This document shows, piece by piece, positions 51,052 to 62,003 of a DNA stretch of 64,000 nt. The first letter of the stretch is position 1; the number at the start of each line of letters is the position of its first letter. The stretch is from NCBI GenBank assembly GCA_025603075.1, contig MU626361.1, positions 1 through 64,000 of the forward strand, read 5' to 3'. A program made the position numbers and the translations under genes. The DNA comes from Neoconidiobolus thromboides FSU 785. Taxonomy: Eukaryota > Fungi > Entomophthoromycota. The notes below the pieces were generated by a model. The model was given only the letters and a program-made list of their open reading frames with translations, was not told where the DNA came from and made no database searches.

Positions 51052-53448
51052 ATGTCTGTGATACATTATAAATTTAAATCAGCAAAAAATTATGATTCTG
51101 TTACTTTTGAAGGACTTTCATTCCCTTTATTTAATTTAAAGCGTGAAATCCTCATTGCTCAAAAACTAAGAGGAACGGACTCGGATATTATTATCTCAAA
51201 CGCTCAAACAAACGAAGGTAAATAACAATCTATTTTATTTTTCTTCATTTCATCTTTCTCCCAATACTCTTACCCTTTATTTATTTCCCTCTAAAAAGCT
51301 ACCTCTTATGTTTAATAAAGATTTTAATTTTCAAGTCAGCCTTTTTTTAAATTAATTTCTATTTAGATTACCTGGATGACTCTATGCTCATTCCTAAAAA
51401 CACTTCTGTTTATGTAAGAAGAGTTCCTGCTAAGCCCGGGGGTACAAATGCTATGTATTATATATCGGATGATCCACAAAACGCTTTACAGGCCAAAACT
51501 GGAGAAGTTCATGCGGATTTAAGTTCATATGGGAATAAAGGCAACAATTACAACGATGAAGATGACAATAATCCTGCTTTTGGCGATATCACTTTATCTA
51601 TGGATGGCGTTATTCCTGGAGAAAATGAAGAAGAGAAATTGCAAGCACTTTTTGACCAAACCTCAACTCAATGGAGACAACAAAACGCTCACATGGGTGG
51701 ACACCAGGGTTCTTATAGAGGCGGTCAAAACTATTCGGCCCAAAGAAACCAAAATCAGTTTAATAAGCCCATTTCTGCCAATTATGTATGTCATAAATGT
51801 GGTATAAAAGGGCATTATGTTCAAAATTGTCCATCACAGGTCGATAGAAAGAATATGCAGCCTAGAGTAAAAAAAACGACAGGTATTCCTCGTTCTTTCC
51901 TAAAAAATGTTGAGCAAGTGCCAGATGGAAAAGGTGCAATGGTAGCAAGCGATGGTACTTTAGTTATTGCTCAGGCCAATAGGTAATTAATATCTATTTT
52001 TAACATGTAAATAATAACTTTTTTAGTACTGCTTGGGAAAAAATTAGAATGAATCAAAGAGCATCAGGATTCTCTTTTGAAGAGCTACGTGAGACTGCAC
52101 CAATTGTAAATGAATTACAATGTAAAGTATGCCAAAAGCTCTTAGTAAATGCTGTATCTGTTCCTTGCTGTAGAACTCTATTCTGTTTAGATTGTAAGAT
52201 TCTTTGTGTTTTGTTAGTAGAGACTAAACAATTTTTAGGCATTACTGAAGCTTTAATTAATCCTGATCCTGAAAAGCATTTTAAATGCCCATCTTGTAAT
52301 AAAGTAGGTATTGTCCCAGACAATTTAATTGCTGAGCATTCAGTCCGGGCAGATGTTGGTGAACATTTAAGAAAGTGGGCTAAAGATCGTCTTGGTGATA
52401 ATGGATCTGAACATGAAATGGATAAACCCAACCCTATTGCTGAGGAAAGCAATGATATCCAAGATGATATTCAACCTCACATTGAACACAATCCAAGACA
52501 AATCATTACAGTTGCTGATTCTAGGGACAATCATGTTGATTATTCTAATAGAAGTAATGACTATTCCAATAGAAATAACGATTACTCTAATAGAAACAAT
52601 GACTATTCAAACAGAAATAACGATTATAACTCTAGAAATAATGATTACAATCCTAGAAATCGTAATCAACAGCGTGAAGGTAAATTCTTTGTTAATTTCA
52701 ATAATTTGTAGTAAATTGTATAGATGATTTGAAATCAGGTGATGGTCGTTTTAATGAAAACGCTTCAAATACAATTGAGCTGCCACCATTACACTGGACT
52801 CCTGATAATGGTATTACTGGCCATATTACTATACCTCCTATGGAAAAGCTTGTAGGGACGGACTTTTATGACCAAAACTTTGGTAAACATAATAAATCAA
52901 GGAATGATTATAATAGTGGTAACCAAGGACGTAAGAATTTTCAGTCAGATAGGCGCACTGGTTGTTCACGTGAAAGAGACAATAGAAGAGGTAGATCCAG
53001 TCATTCCAATCGTTCTAGAAGTAGATCTGAAAGGGGTAATCATAACCGAAGGGACTCTCCATCTCCAAGAAGAGGCCATGAGGGTAATACTTCTTCACGT
53101 AAACCCAGAGGTAGATCTAGATCTCGTGATAGGAGATCAAGACGTAGCAGATCCCGTTCTGTAAGAAGATCTCGTTCACGCTCACCAGCTAATCATAGGG
53201 GTCGTAGCCGCCGCTCTCCATCTAGAGATCGTAGAAACAACTATCGTGATGATAGAGATAAAGATAGACGTAGAGGTAGAGATAGAAGTAGATCCAGGTC
53301 TAATACTCGTAACAGCAGCCGAAGAGACACTTCTAGACGTAGGGATAATAAATCTTCAAGAAATTTAAGCCATGATCGTCATGATACTCAAAGTAATAAG
53401 AATTCCCGCCCAAGTATTACCTCACGCTTAGGGCCTACAAACATGTGA
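51052..53448 (+). CDS. MPE1: CPF subunit Mpe1/RBBP6 (DWNN, zinc knuckle, RING-like, RS-rich tail)
   Basis: SVIHYKFKSAK..DSVTFEG, LIPKNTSVYVRRVP, YVCHKCGIKGHYVQNCP, KKTTGIPRSFL, LQCKVC..PCC..C..CPSC. Confidence 0.9.
52538..52663 (+). repeat. Coding 21-bp tandem repeat x6 (DYSNRNN)
   Basis: Six in-frame units with synonymous variation inside MPE1. Confidence 0.9.
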
Positions 53449-53962
53449 AGGGGGTTATGATGGTATTTTTGATTCTTATTTTGCCAAAAAAAACTATTTT
53501 TATAATATAATATTAAACTTGTCTTTAATAATTGGGAAATAATGAGCCATCAATTTCATCCACATTTTGATGCTTCATAATTCAATACCAAATCAACTCA
53601 TTCTGGGATATAATTATCAAGCTATTTTAATAAAACTTATGAATATTTCAATTGCCATGTTCTATTTTTTTAGTTGATTAGACGATCTTTCGATTCACTT
53701 TCTTATATCAACATTAAACTATATTTAATAATGTCTTGTTAGTATCATACTTTTTCAGTATTCTATAAATATTATAAGAGTTTAATGTTTTGATAAAAAA
53801 AAGTTTATAAAAACTTATTTTGAGTATACTAAAAATAGCAATAATGCTTGAACTAAAAAACCATTTCTAAGCATTCAAAAGTTTAACAATATATAAAATC
53901 AAAATATAAGTATAAACCAATACGTTAGGTGCATTTATTAAAATATATTAACACATAAAAGT

Positions 53963-54895
53963 TTAAGCAGCTTTAGCTTTCTTTATTTCTTCTTGGATTT
54001 TAGAGTATTCTTTTTGTTGATCATCAATCTTCTTTTTTAAATTATCAAAATCAGCAGATTTTTCTTTAGCTAAAAGTAATTCATCGTTAAGACGATCTAG
54101 TTCTTTAACTTGTTCATCGAACTTTTGGCTAATTTCGGATCCGTTAGGTGCCTAACAATTATTATTAGAATTAAAATCTATAAAATTTATAGCTAATACA
54201 TTTGATTCTAAGATGGTTAACTTTTCTTTAGTGTTTAAAAGCTCTATAATTTGTTCGAAGGTATAATTCAAAATACTAATAAAAGATTAGGAATAACGTT
54301 TGTTAAGGCAAATTATCTTACAATGAAAGGAACATAGTGATTCCGCACAAATATCTAGTATAAGATTAAAAAACGAAAATGGTAGTATAATTAAATATTA
54401 TTACACGTTACGTTGAGCAAAAAACTTTTTAACTTGAATAGATGTATCTGTACGAACATCAACAGTGCCCTCAGTAATCTCACCTTTCTCTAATGCCTTA
54501 TTCAAACCATTTATAGAATCTTTACAACATTAAATAATTATTAAATTAAAAGATATATTTCTACCTATAAATAAAATAAAGATGAAACTAAGAAAATTAG
54601 TTAATAATCAAATAAATAATAAATTAGTTTACACTCCAACAATTTTGAGGGTATATTGAACTCGACTGATCACATTATTCTTAATCCATACCAGCATCCT
54701 TTGACGCATAGTATTTGGCAATGGGATCTTTACAATTAAAAGTTAAAATACAAACCAAAAAACCAAAAAACTTTATACCATCAAGCCAATATAAGTAATA
54801 ATCTATAGTAACGTTTAGTATTATATCATTTAAATGGATTCAATGTTTACCTCTGACACTAAAAGTCCAAATACAAATTTGTGATACAAAGCCAT
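53963..54895 (-). CDS. BAP31/BAP29 (Yet) ER membrane protein, multi-exon
   Basis: MALYHKFVFGLLVSE, TM segments, KKFFAQRN, coiled coil, ends IKKAKAA* (KxKxx ER retrieval). Confidence 0.8.
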
Positions 54896-55873
54896 TTTTA
54901 AATTAATCAAAAGCAATTGTTGAGTTTTAATATTTATAGTATAACTCCTATGACGTAACAATTAGGGAATGGAATTTTTCTAATTTTTTTATTATGACCA
55001 AACATATTTTTTATCAAGTAGGAAAGATTAACCAATGAAGTTGACTTTTAAATCATTATTGCTTGTCTTAGTAAAAAATAAATGTCTAAAAAAATGGTGA
55101 TAAAGTTTAAATTCATTGTTCATTATTTGGGTCATCACAACTTAAATTTCATATTTGATGTTTTAACTCGGTAAATCTCATACTTTCAATTTTTCACTAC
55201 TTTAGTTTAGCATAGCGTTTTAAAAATTTTCTTAGTTTTTAGTTTTGTATACAATGTTTTCAACATATTACAGGCTACTTCAAAATAATATAAATAAAAT
55301 TATTGATTTTTTAAATAGTTGTTAAAAATGAAAGTAGACAAAATGTAAAAATTACACTTGTTCAATTTTTTGAGATAGCTATGATAGGTTGAAAATATTA
55401 TATTAAGAGGCAAAAGTTTTTAAATGCTCCTTCAAACTCAACTATCTATATCTATTATAAAAAGATTTTTTAGTAATCATATACTTATGTTATAATAGTT
55501 GAATTAAATTAACAAAATAAACAAAAAAATCATTCTAAGTATTCTTTATTAGGAACTTTTTATTTTTTTGCTTAAAATTTTATTAAATGTATTTTTGAGC
55601 TCATAGATAATTATGAGAAATCAAGCTATAAAAAAGAACTTATATTTTAAATGTTTTAAATTAAATCAGATAAAAATTAAATAGCTAATAAAAAAACTAT
55701 TATTTAATTATAAGAAACATTACTTCTATACTTAATATCTATATTTAATAGTTATTATAAAAAATTATTCTTAACATTATTATTTTTATCTTCTATAATA
55801 AAATTTAGTTATTTTAAATTTTAAACTTTTACAAATACAACTGTAAAAAAATTATTATTTTAGTTTTTTGTAT

Positions 55874-56344
55874 TGTGAAATCTGGTACTCAGTGGTTGGA
55901 GTTAAAAGCAATTTTTGCTTGATTAATTAATTATAAGTTGAAGGGTTTTAGTTTATGTAACCAAGATAGTTTTGAATTATGAACAATAGCATATAATAAG
56001 TTATGGATATGTAAGATAAATCAAATAGATGATACTGTTGTAAAATTTATATGAAATATTATAAGAAAGATCTAGCAACTTTATTAAAAGTACAACATCA
56101 GGAGATAATTCAGTTAGAAAGCCTTGAGTTATTATGTTCTATAGTCTCTTTTATACTCCAACAAGTATGGATATCAAAACGGGGAGATAATATCCTTCAG
56201 AGTCATGTGACAGAAATCCTCATACCAAATCAAGATAAGGGCTTGGGATTGATTGTGCCTGGACTCGAGAACATAATGACCTAAGTGATTCTTTGTTATA
56301 ATTAATCATAGAGCTGATAAAGCAGTATTCCATAATATTTCACA
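55874..56344 (+). mobile_element. Solo-LTR-like repeat, copy 2 (471 bp)
   Basis: Starts TGTGAAAT, ends ATTTCACA; homologous to 1-403 and 57339-57798; no matching TSD found. Confidence 0.6.
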
Positions 56345-56354
56345 AGATTAATAT

Positions 56355-56453
56355 GGAGCTGTTTTTTTTAGTTTCATTGTTTTTCCATTTTCTAAGCGCT
56401 ATTTGAGTGGAAAGATTGTTAATAGAATTCTTAAACACAAAAAACACATCCCC
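56355..56453 (+). mobile_element. MITE copy 11
   Basis: GGAGCTGTTTT...CACATCCCC with ATAT/ATAT TSD. Confidence 0.9.
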
Positions 56454-56544
56454 ATATGTTTAATCATAAAAAACTACTCAGATATAATATATAGAATCTT
56501 AACAATAACACTATTAAATTTAAAAATAAATCTAGATTTTATAC

Positions 56545-56641
56545 GGGGGTGTTTTTTGGTTTCATTACTTTTTCCATTTCTTAAGGGCTATTTGAGTGGA
56601 AAAATTTCTAGTTAAGTTCTCAAACAAAAAAACAAATTCTC
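56545..56641 (+). mobile_element. MITE copy 12
   Basis: ATAC-GGGGGTGTTTTTT...CTATTTGAGTGGAAAA...AATTCTC-ATAT. Confidence 0.85.
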
Positions 56642-56742
56642 ATATTCAGCTAGATCCTGTTTTTAAAATTAAAAAAATAACTTACATCAAGCTCTACTTA
56701 ATTTATTTGTTTATAAAACAACATCTATTTTTAATAACAAAT

Positions 56743-56840
56743 GGGGATGTTTTTTTGTGTTTAAGAATTCTATTAACAATCTTTCCACTCAAATAGCGCT
56801 TAGAAAATGGAAAAATAATGAAATCAAAAAAAACATCACC
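56743..56840 (-). mobile_element. MITE copy 13
   Basis: GGGGATGTTTTTTTGTGTTTAAG...AAACATCACC; inverted relative to copy 11. Confidence 0.9.
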
Positions 56841-57338
56841 AACATTATTACAAAAGCCTGACTACCACTAGTATTAATACCAAATTTATTAAATTATATA
56901 TATTCATCTTAAAATTAGTTTTAATAATCTATTTAATAACTTTTCCACTCTGTGTTAGCATATTCATCCTAATTTTAGATTTTTTAATATGCATGAACAG
57001 TTTTCATTATACTATACTTTTTTAAATTTAATGCATTTACCTAATTTTTATAAAAACATTTTATAAAAGAAAGTTATTTTATAATTTTAATAACTATTCT
57101 AATAATAAATATATAATAATTATCTATTTTAAACCTTCATAAATAATCTTTATAAGAATACTAGTATACTAATTAATAGTTTATTTAAACTTAGCTTAAT
57201 ATTTAACTTTATTAAAATTATAGTTACTATATTAAAGCTTTTTAAAATATATTTGAATATTAGTAACTAGACTTCTAAAACTTATTTTTAATATTTAATA
57301 ATACAATCATTTAATAAAAGGCTATTTTAGTTTATAAT

Positions 57339-57798
57339 CATGAAATATCACTTTGTCAGCTCTATGATTAATTATAACAAAGAATCACTTAGGTCATTAT
57401 GTTCTCGAGTCCAGGCACAATCAATCCCAAGCCCTTATCTTGATTTGGTATGAGGATTTCTGTCACATGACTCTGAAGGATATTATCTCCCCGTTTTGAT
57501 ATCCATACTTGTTGGAGTATAAAAGAGACTATAGAACATAATAACTCAAGGCTTTCTAACTGAATTATCTCCTGATGTTGTACTTTTAACAGAGCCACTA
57601 AATTCTCTTAATAGTAATTTAGGTAGATTTTACAGTAGTATCATCTATTCTATTGTCTTACATAGTCTATAGCATATTACTTGCTATTATTTGCAACTTA
57701 AGTCTACCTTAGTCACATAAACTAAGATCTTCCGACTTACAGTATAGTCAATAAGTAATAATTGTTTTGGCTCCATTCACTGAATATCAAATTTCACA
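57339..57798 (-). mobile_element. Solo-LTR-like repeat, copy 3 (inverted relative to copy 2)
   Basis: Reverse complement starts TGTGAAAT (57798) and ends ATATTTCATG; 57356-57589 is the exact reverse complement of 56084-56317. Confidence 0.65.
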
Positions 57799-58199
57799 CA
57801 ATTTTATAGTTAAATTAATTCTAATTTGTATAGTAAATTAAGTTAACTTCAAGTAATTTTGCTATTAAAAGCTGTTGTATTTTTGAATTTAAGTACAACT
57901 AATTTAAAACTTTCCATTTAGATTTACTACAAAATTTTTACAGTATGATTATAAAAATAATATTTTTGTATTTTAATATCTACATTTAACAATTATAATA
58001 AAGAATAACTATTGTATTTTTATATACAATTATTTAATTAAAGTATAAAATTTTTTTAACATGGTAATTTAAAACTTTCTTTAAATTATTTTTTAATATT
58101 ATATACTTTAATCAAATTATTAAACTTTATAGTATTTTATGTAAATTTTATATTTTGAGTTATATAGTCAAAATGAACTTTAATTTATAAACATAATGT

Positions 58200-58298
58200 G
58201 GGGCTGTATTTTTGTGTTTGAGAATTTTACTAACAAATTTTCCACTCAAATAGCACTTAAAAGATAGAAAAAGTGATGAAGCCAAAAAAAATATCCCC
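58200..58298 (-). mobile_element. MITE copy 14
   Basis: GGGGCTGTATTTTTGTG...AAAAATATCCCC, flanks ATGT/ATAT. Confidence 0.9.
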
Positions 58299-58406
58299 AT
58301 ATGCAATTTTTATGCAAATCATAGGAAATAAATGAAAAAATACTTTTTTATTTAAACTAATTGAAATAAAAGTTTTAATGACTTATTATATAATAAGCTA
58401 TTATAT

Positions 58407-58505
58407 GGGGATGTTTTTTTTGGCTTCATCACTCTTTTGATTTTTCAGGTACTATTTAAGTAGAAAGATTATTAATAAAATTCTTAAACACAAAAATACA
58501 TCCAC
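58407..58505 (+). mobile_element. MITE copy 15
   Basis: GGGGATGTTTTTTTTGGC...AATACATCCAC with ATAT/ATAT TSD. Confidence 0.9.
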
Positions 58506-59111
58506 ATATACATAAAATAGCTTTGTTTTTTAGGTTTATTTATATTAATGGATGTTTATTAATTATTTGGTTTTTATTTAATTTTATTTGGTTTGATTTA
58601 AAGCATTTAAAATATAACTTTCACTTTTCATAAATTAATTTTTTATAATTATTTATAAGCTTAAAAATTTTAATAGTTGAATTTCATCTAATTTAGTTTC
58701 TACAAAAATTGCAAACCAAGTATAAAATGCTATTAAGTTAGATGTTTTCTTAATTTTATATTATATAAGAATATTTTTTATCCAGTATTCATTTAAAAAA
58801 AACTTAACACTATGCTATATATAAAATGGACAAAAAAGCAAATTACAAAATTTTACAATTTTAACTGACTTTTTATTAAACCTACATATATTAAAATCAA
58901 AAAAAACAAATTATTTATAGTGAGAATATTCAAACATAAAAATCACAACTGTAGAATCAAATTAATGCAGTTAATAGTAACAAAAACTTGGCAAAAAAAA
59001 TAAAATTTTGTATTATGATTGGCTTATTTTATGAGCATCTCATTCAATCCAAAAAAATTCCATGACATAAGTTGTCAGATTCATCTATGATTCTTAGCTT
59101 TTATTATCAAA

Positions 59112-61211
59112 ATGGATGAAGTCAACAAAAAAAAGGAGGATGAAAAAAACAATTCTGGAGATGATAAATCAACAAAAGAGCCTACATACTGGTATCAGCA
59201 ACCTGAAGTAGTGCCTGGACCTCTTCCAATATTAAGTCGTCCGGAGAGAAACAAAAACAATGTTGCAGCAGAAGAGATTGCCCCCAATATTTTCATTAAA
59301 GACCCAAAGTCTTTACCTACCGACTTATCCAAGTTCCAAAGACCAAGGGGATACTATGAACAACTTAAAGCTGATCCTGAACTAGTCGCTCCTCCTTATG
59401 AGGAGCCAAAACTCATCGGCTCGAAGCCCAAACTTGGGTTAACAGTTAGAAAGAAAAAATTATACAGCGATAAACCAACTCCAGATGGTATAGGAAGGCA
59501 TGTGATGCAGATCCGCAACGCAGATGACATCAAAGACCTTGAAGCTCCTTTGAAATTAATTCGTAAAGAAGTTCGCCTTTATGCTGAGAAAACTAAAGAA
59601 GAACTCGCAGAGATAGCTAAAAATGAAGCTAAGAATCTTGGAACAGGCGGTGGTGCGAATGCTAAAGGAGGAGCCTCACAAGGAGGTACAGGATACAATA
59701 AGCAAAATATGTTCAAGAAAAAGACAATTCAGATTTTTGAGCATGATAAAGAAGCTCGAGAAATAAAATTACGTGAAGCGCTGCCTTGGGTTGTAGCAGA
59801 TGCAAATGGTATTGAACATCTTAAAGGAAAACACGATGAAGAGGAAGACATTCGTTATATTGCTTTAATTAAAGGAAAAAATGGAAGAACATATATCAAA
59901 AAAGTAGATCGCATTTATAATTTTACTTACCGTCCACCAACCAGTGAGCTTACCCTAGAGCAAAAAGAAAATCTCATTAGAGTGAGAAACAAAACCAAGA
60001 AAGGAGGAAGTCTCAAGTCTAAAATTGGTGATGCTCTTAAGAGTATGTTAAAGAAAGATAAAGAATCAGATGTAACTGCTAGTGCATTTGGCGGGTACAA
60101 TCCTCTTAAACTTAAAACAGTACATGGAGCACAAAACTATAGTGATTTTAACAATGGCCGTGGGGAAGATATGGAGGAGGTTGACTACGATGAAGATTTT
60201 CAAGATGATGATGAAGGAGTTGCCGCAGATGACATTGATGAGGATACAAAAGCCTTTGAAGATAGAGTTAAGAAAAGCCAACAGCGTTTGAATCCTGCTG
60301 GATATTTCGATGATGACATGTTTGGAGAGGATAAGGATGAGGGTAGTAAGTCTGAAAACAACAAAGAAGACGAAGAGGAAGATAGCGAGAATGTAGCCGA
60401 AGAAATTGAAGAGCAGATAATTGAAGAACAAATGGCTGATCTCAGTAACAACAACGCGAATGATTCTGATTCTTCATTTAACGAATCAGACATTGAAAAG
60501 ATGGATACTGCGGTTGAAAATAAGCGTGATGCACAAAAAGCGTTAGCAAATGGATCTCCCGTAAGTAAATCAGGATTGAAAAAGAGAGAAGCATCTAAAC
60601 TTAAGTTAGAATCTAGAAAAGGGTCAAAAGGAAAAAAGGCAGAATCTAGCTCCAAACCAGCTAGTACAAACCAAAGTGGTCTTAAACGTGGAACTAAAAA
60701 TACTAGCCAAGCTATTCAAAATGTACTTCAACGCCAAAAATTAGATGAAAAGAGAGCAAGAGATTTACAAACTGATCCAATTGCTAGAGCTAGAGCAGCT
60801 GCAAATCAGCCACTTAGACCATCACCACTTTCTCAAACTACCACTCTTAACCCTTCCTCTCAATCAAAGAGGCCAGCTGATGGAGCATTAGATGCGAACA
60901 AACAACCTAGGCAAAAGGTGTCACAAAGTCCAAACAGTCAAAACTCAGAATCAAGAAACCGAGCTACAGTTTCAAATGCAGGTACTGATTTGCAAAGCCT
61001 ATTTCAACCTAAAAATGTTGTAAAGATTGTTGAAGAAAACCCTGGTATTACTCCAGTTCAAGTATATGAGAAGTTTAAAAAAAAACACAATCTTGAAGAG
61101 GCCTCGGAAGAGGATTTAGCTATTCTTCGTAAGTTTATATCCAAAGTTATTACCAGAGATCCAGGAACTAACAAGGCTGTTGTTAAAGAGAAGTTTAGAT
61201 CTCTAAGATAA
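59112..61211 (+). CDS. TFG1: Probable TFIIF alpha subunit (Tfg1/RAP74), single exon
   Basis: LPWVVAD..G, VDRIYNFT, LTLEQ.E, EEVDYDEDFQDDDE acidic block, C-terminal small helical domain; 699-aa uninterrupted ORF. Confidence 0.6.
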   Translation: MDEVNKKKEDEKNNSGDDKSTKEPTYWYQQPEVVPGPLPILSRPERNKNNVAAEEIAPNIFIKDPKSLPTDLSKFQRPRGYYEQLKADPELVAPPYEEPKLIGSKPKLGLTVRKKKLYSDKPTPDGIGRHVMQIRNADDIKDLEAPLKLIRKEVRLYAEKTKEELAEIAKNEAKNLGTGGGANAKGGASQGGTGYNKQNMFKKKTIQIFEHDKEAREIKLREALPWVVADANGIEHLKGKHDEEEDIRYIALIKGKNGRTYIKKVDRIYNFTYRPPTSELTLEQKENLIRVRNKTKKGGSLKSKIGDALKSMLKKDKESDVTASAFGGYNPLKLKTVHGAQNYSDFNNGRGEDMEEVDYDEDFQDDDEGVAADDIDEDTKAFEDRVKKSQQRLNPAGYFDDDMFGEDKDEGSKSENNKEDEEEDSENVAEEIEEQIIEEQMADLSNNNANDSDSSFNESDIEKMDTAVENKRDAQKALANGSPVSKSGLKKREASKLKLESRKGSKGKKAESSSKPASTNQSGLKRGTKNTSQAIQNVLQRQKLDEKRARDLQTDPIARARAAANQPLRPSPLSQTTTLNPSSQSKRPADGALDANKQPRQKVSQSPNSQNSESRNRATVSNAGTDLQSLFQPKNVVKIVEENPGITPVQVYEKFKKKHNLEEASEEDLAILRKFISKVITRDPGTNKAVVKEKFRSLR

Positions 61212-62003
61212 AGGCTAGGTGATTGTAAGATTCAATTTTGGAAGTAATTGATGGAGCTTTAGCTTATTAATAGCTAGCATTATTAGTTTTAGTTTTTTCA
61301 ATATTAAAGCAATTTGAGGTCATGTTAGTATTTATTACCTGTTATTTTTAACGATTTTTTAATTAATTTATATTTATATTTAAACAAAAATATTATTAAT
61401 AATATTAAAACATTTCTTTACTATCATTGTAAGTAAAATTTAATAGAATGTCCAAAACAAATGTATTTGGAAGTTTACATATTGTATATTTTGTATATAC
61501 ACTAGATGTTCATTAGGCATGTTAGCACTGTCTAGATAGCGATCAGATCCTTTGTTACGAGAGGGAAAAGGAGGTTTTTACTACTATCAGAAAAGCAGTG
61601 GTCATATCTTAATGTGTATAATTATAGTAGCCTTGCTTATCAGTTATAGCTATGATATTAACTAATTTTATTGGATATAATTGTAGCTTCCTTATATGAG
61701 TCTTAAAACTTTACACATTATTGAATCCAAATCAATAGCTTTTTAATTCATTAATATATATTCAACTATTAATTTTTGTTAGTTCTTACTGTAAGTGTTT
61801 TGAAAGCATTAACTGTAATCTATTCTAAAAAAAGTAAATTTGAGTTAAATGCTGACCAACTTTGAGCCACAAAAGAACTTTGATTTCACTCAAACTTATT
61901 GGCTAGCTTTAAAATTAGATTTTACCTAATTAAACTAACCAAAAATTTCGACTAATTTAAAGACTCATTTTATATCATATCTAGCTTGGTCCTAATTCAA
62001 TAA

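Noticed and set aside
56051-57598. Twin ORFs LLKVQHQ...ILIPNQDKGLGLIVP as genes or LINE RT C-termini
   Set aside because: They lie within the ~470-bp repeat, and the frame is broken in the 1-403 copy. The GLGL likeness to LINE PKxxGGLG is weak, and fixed TG...CA ends fit an LTR better.
55874-57798. RIP-like mutation, or swapped TSDs proving an inversion
   Set aside because: Differences are mostly transitions, but no directional CpA-to-TpA bias could be established by eye; flanking 4-5-mers match in neither the direct nor the swapped arrangement.
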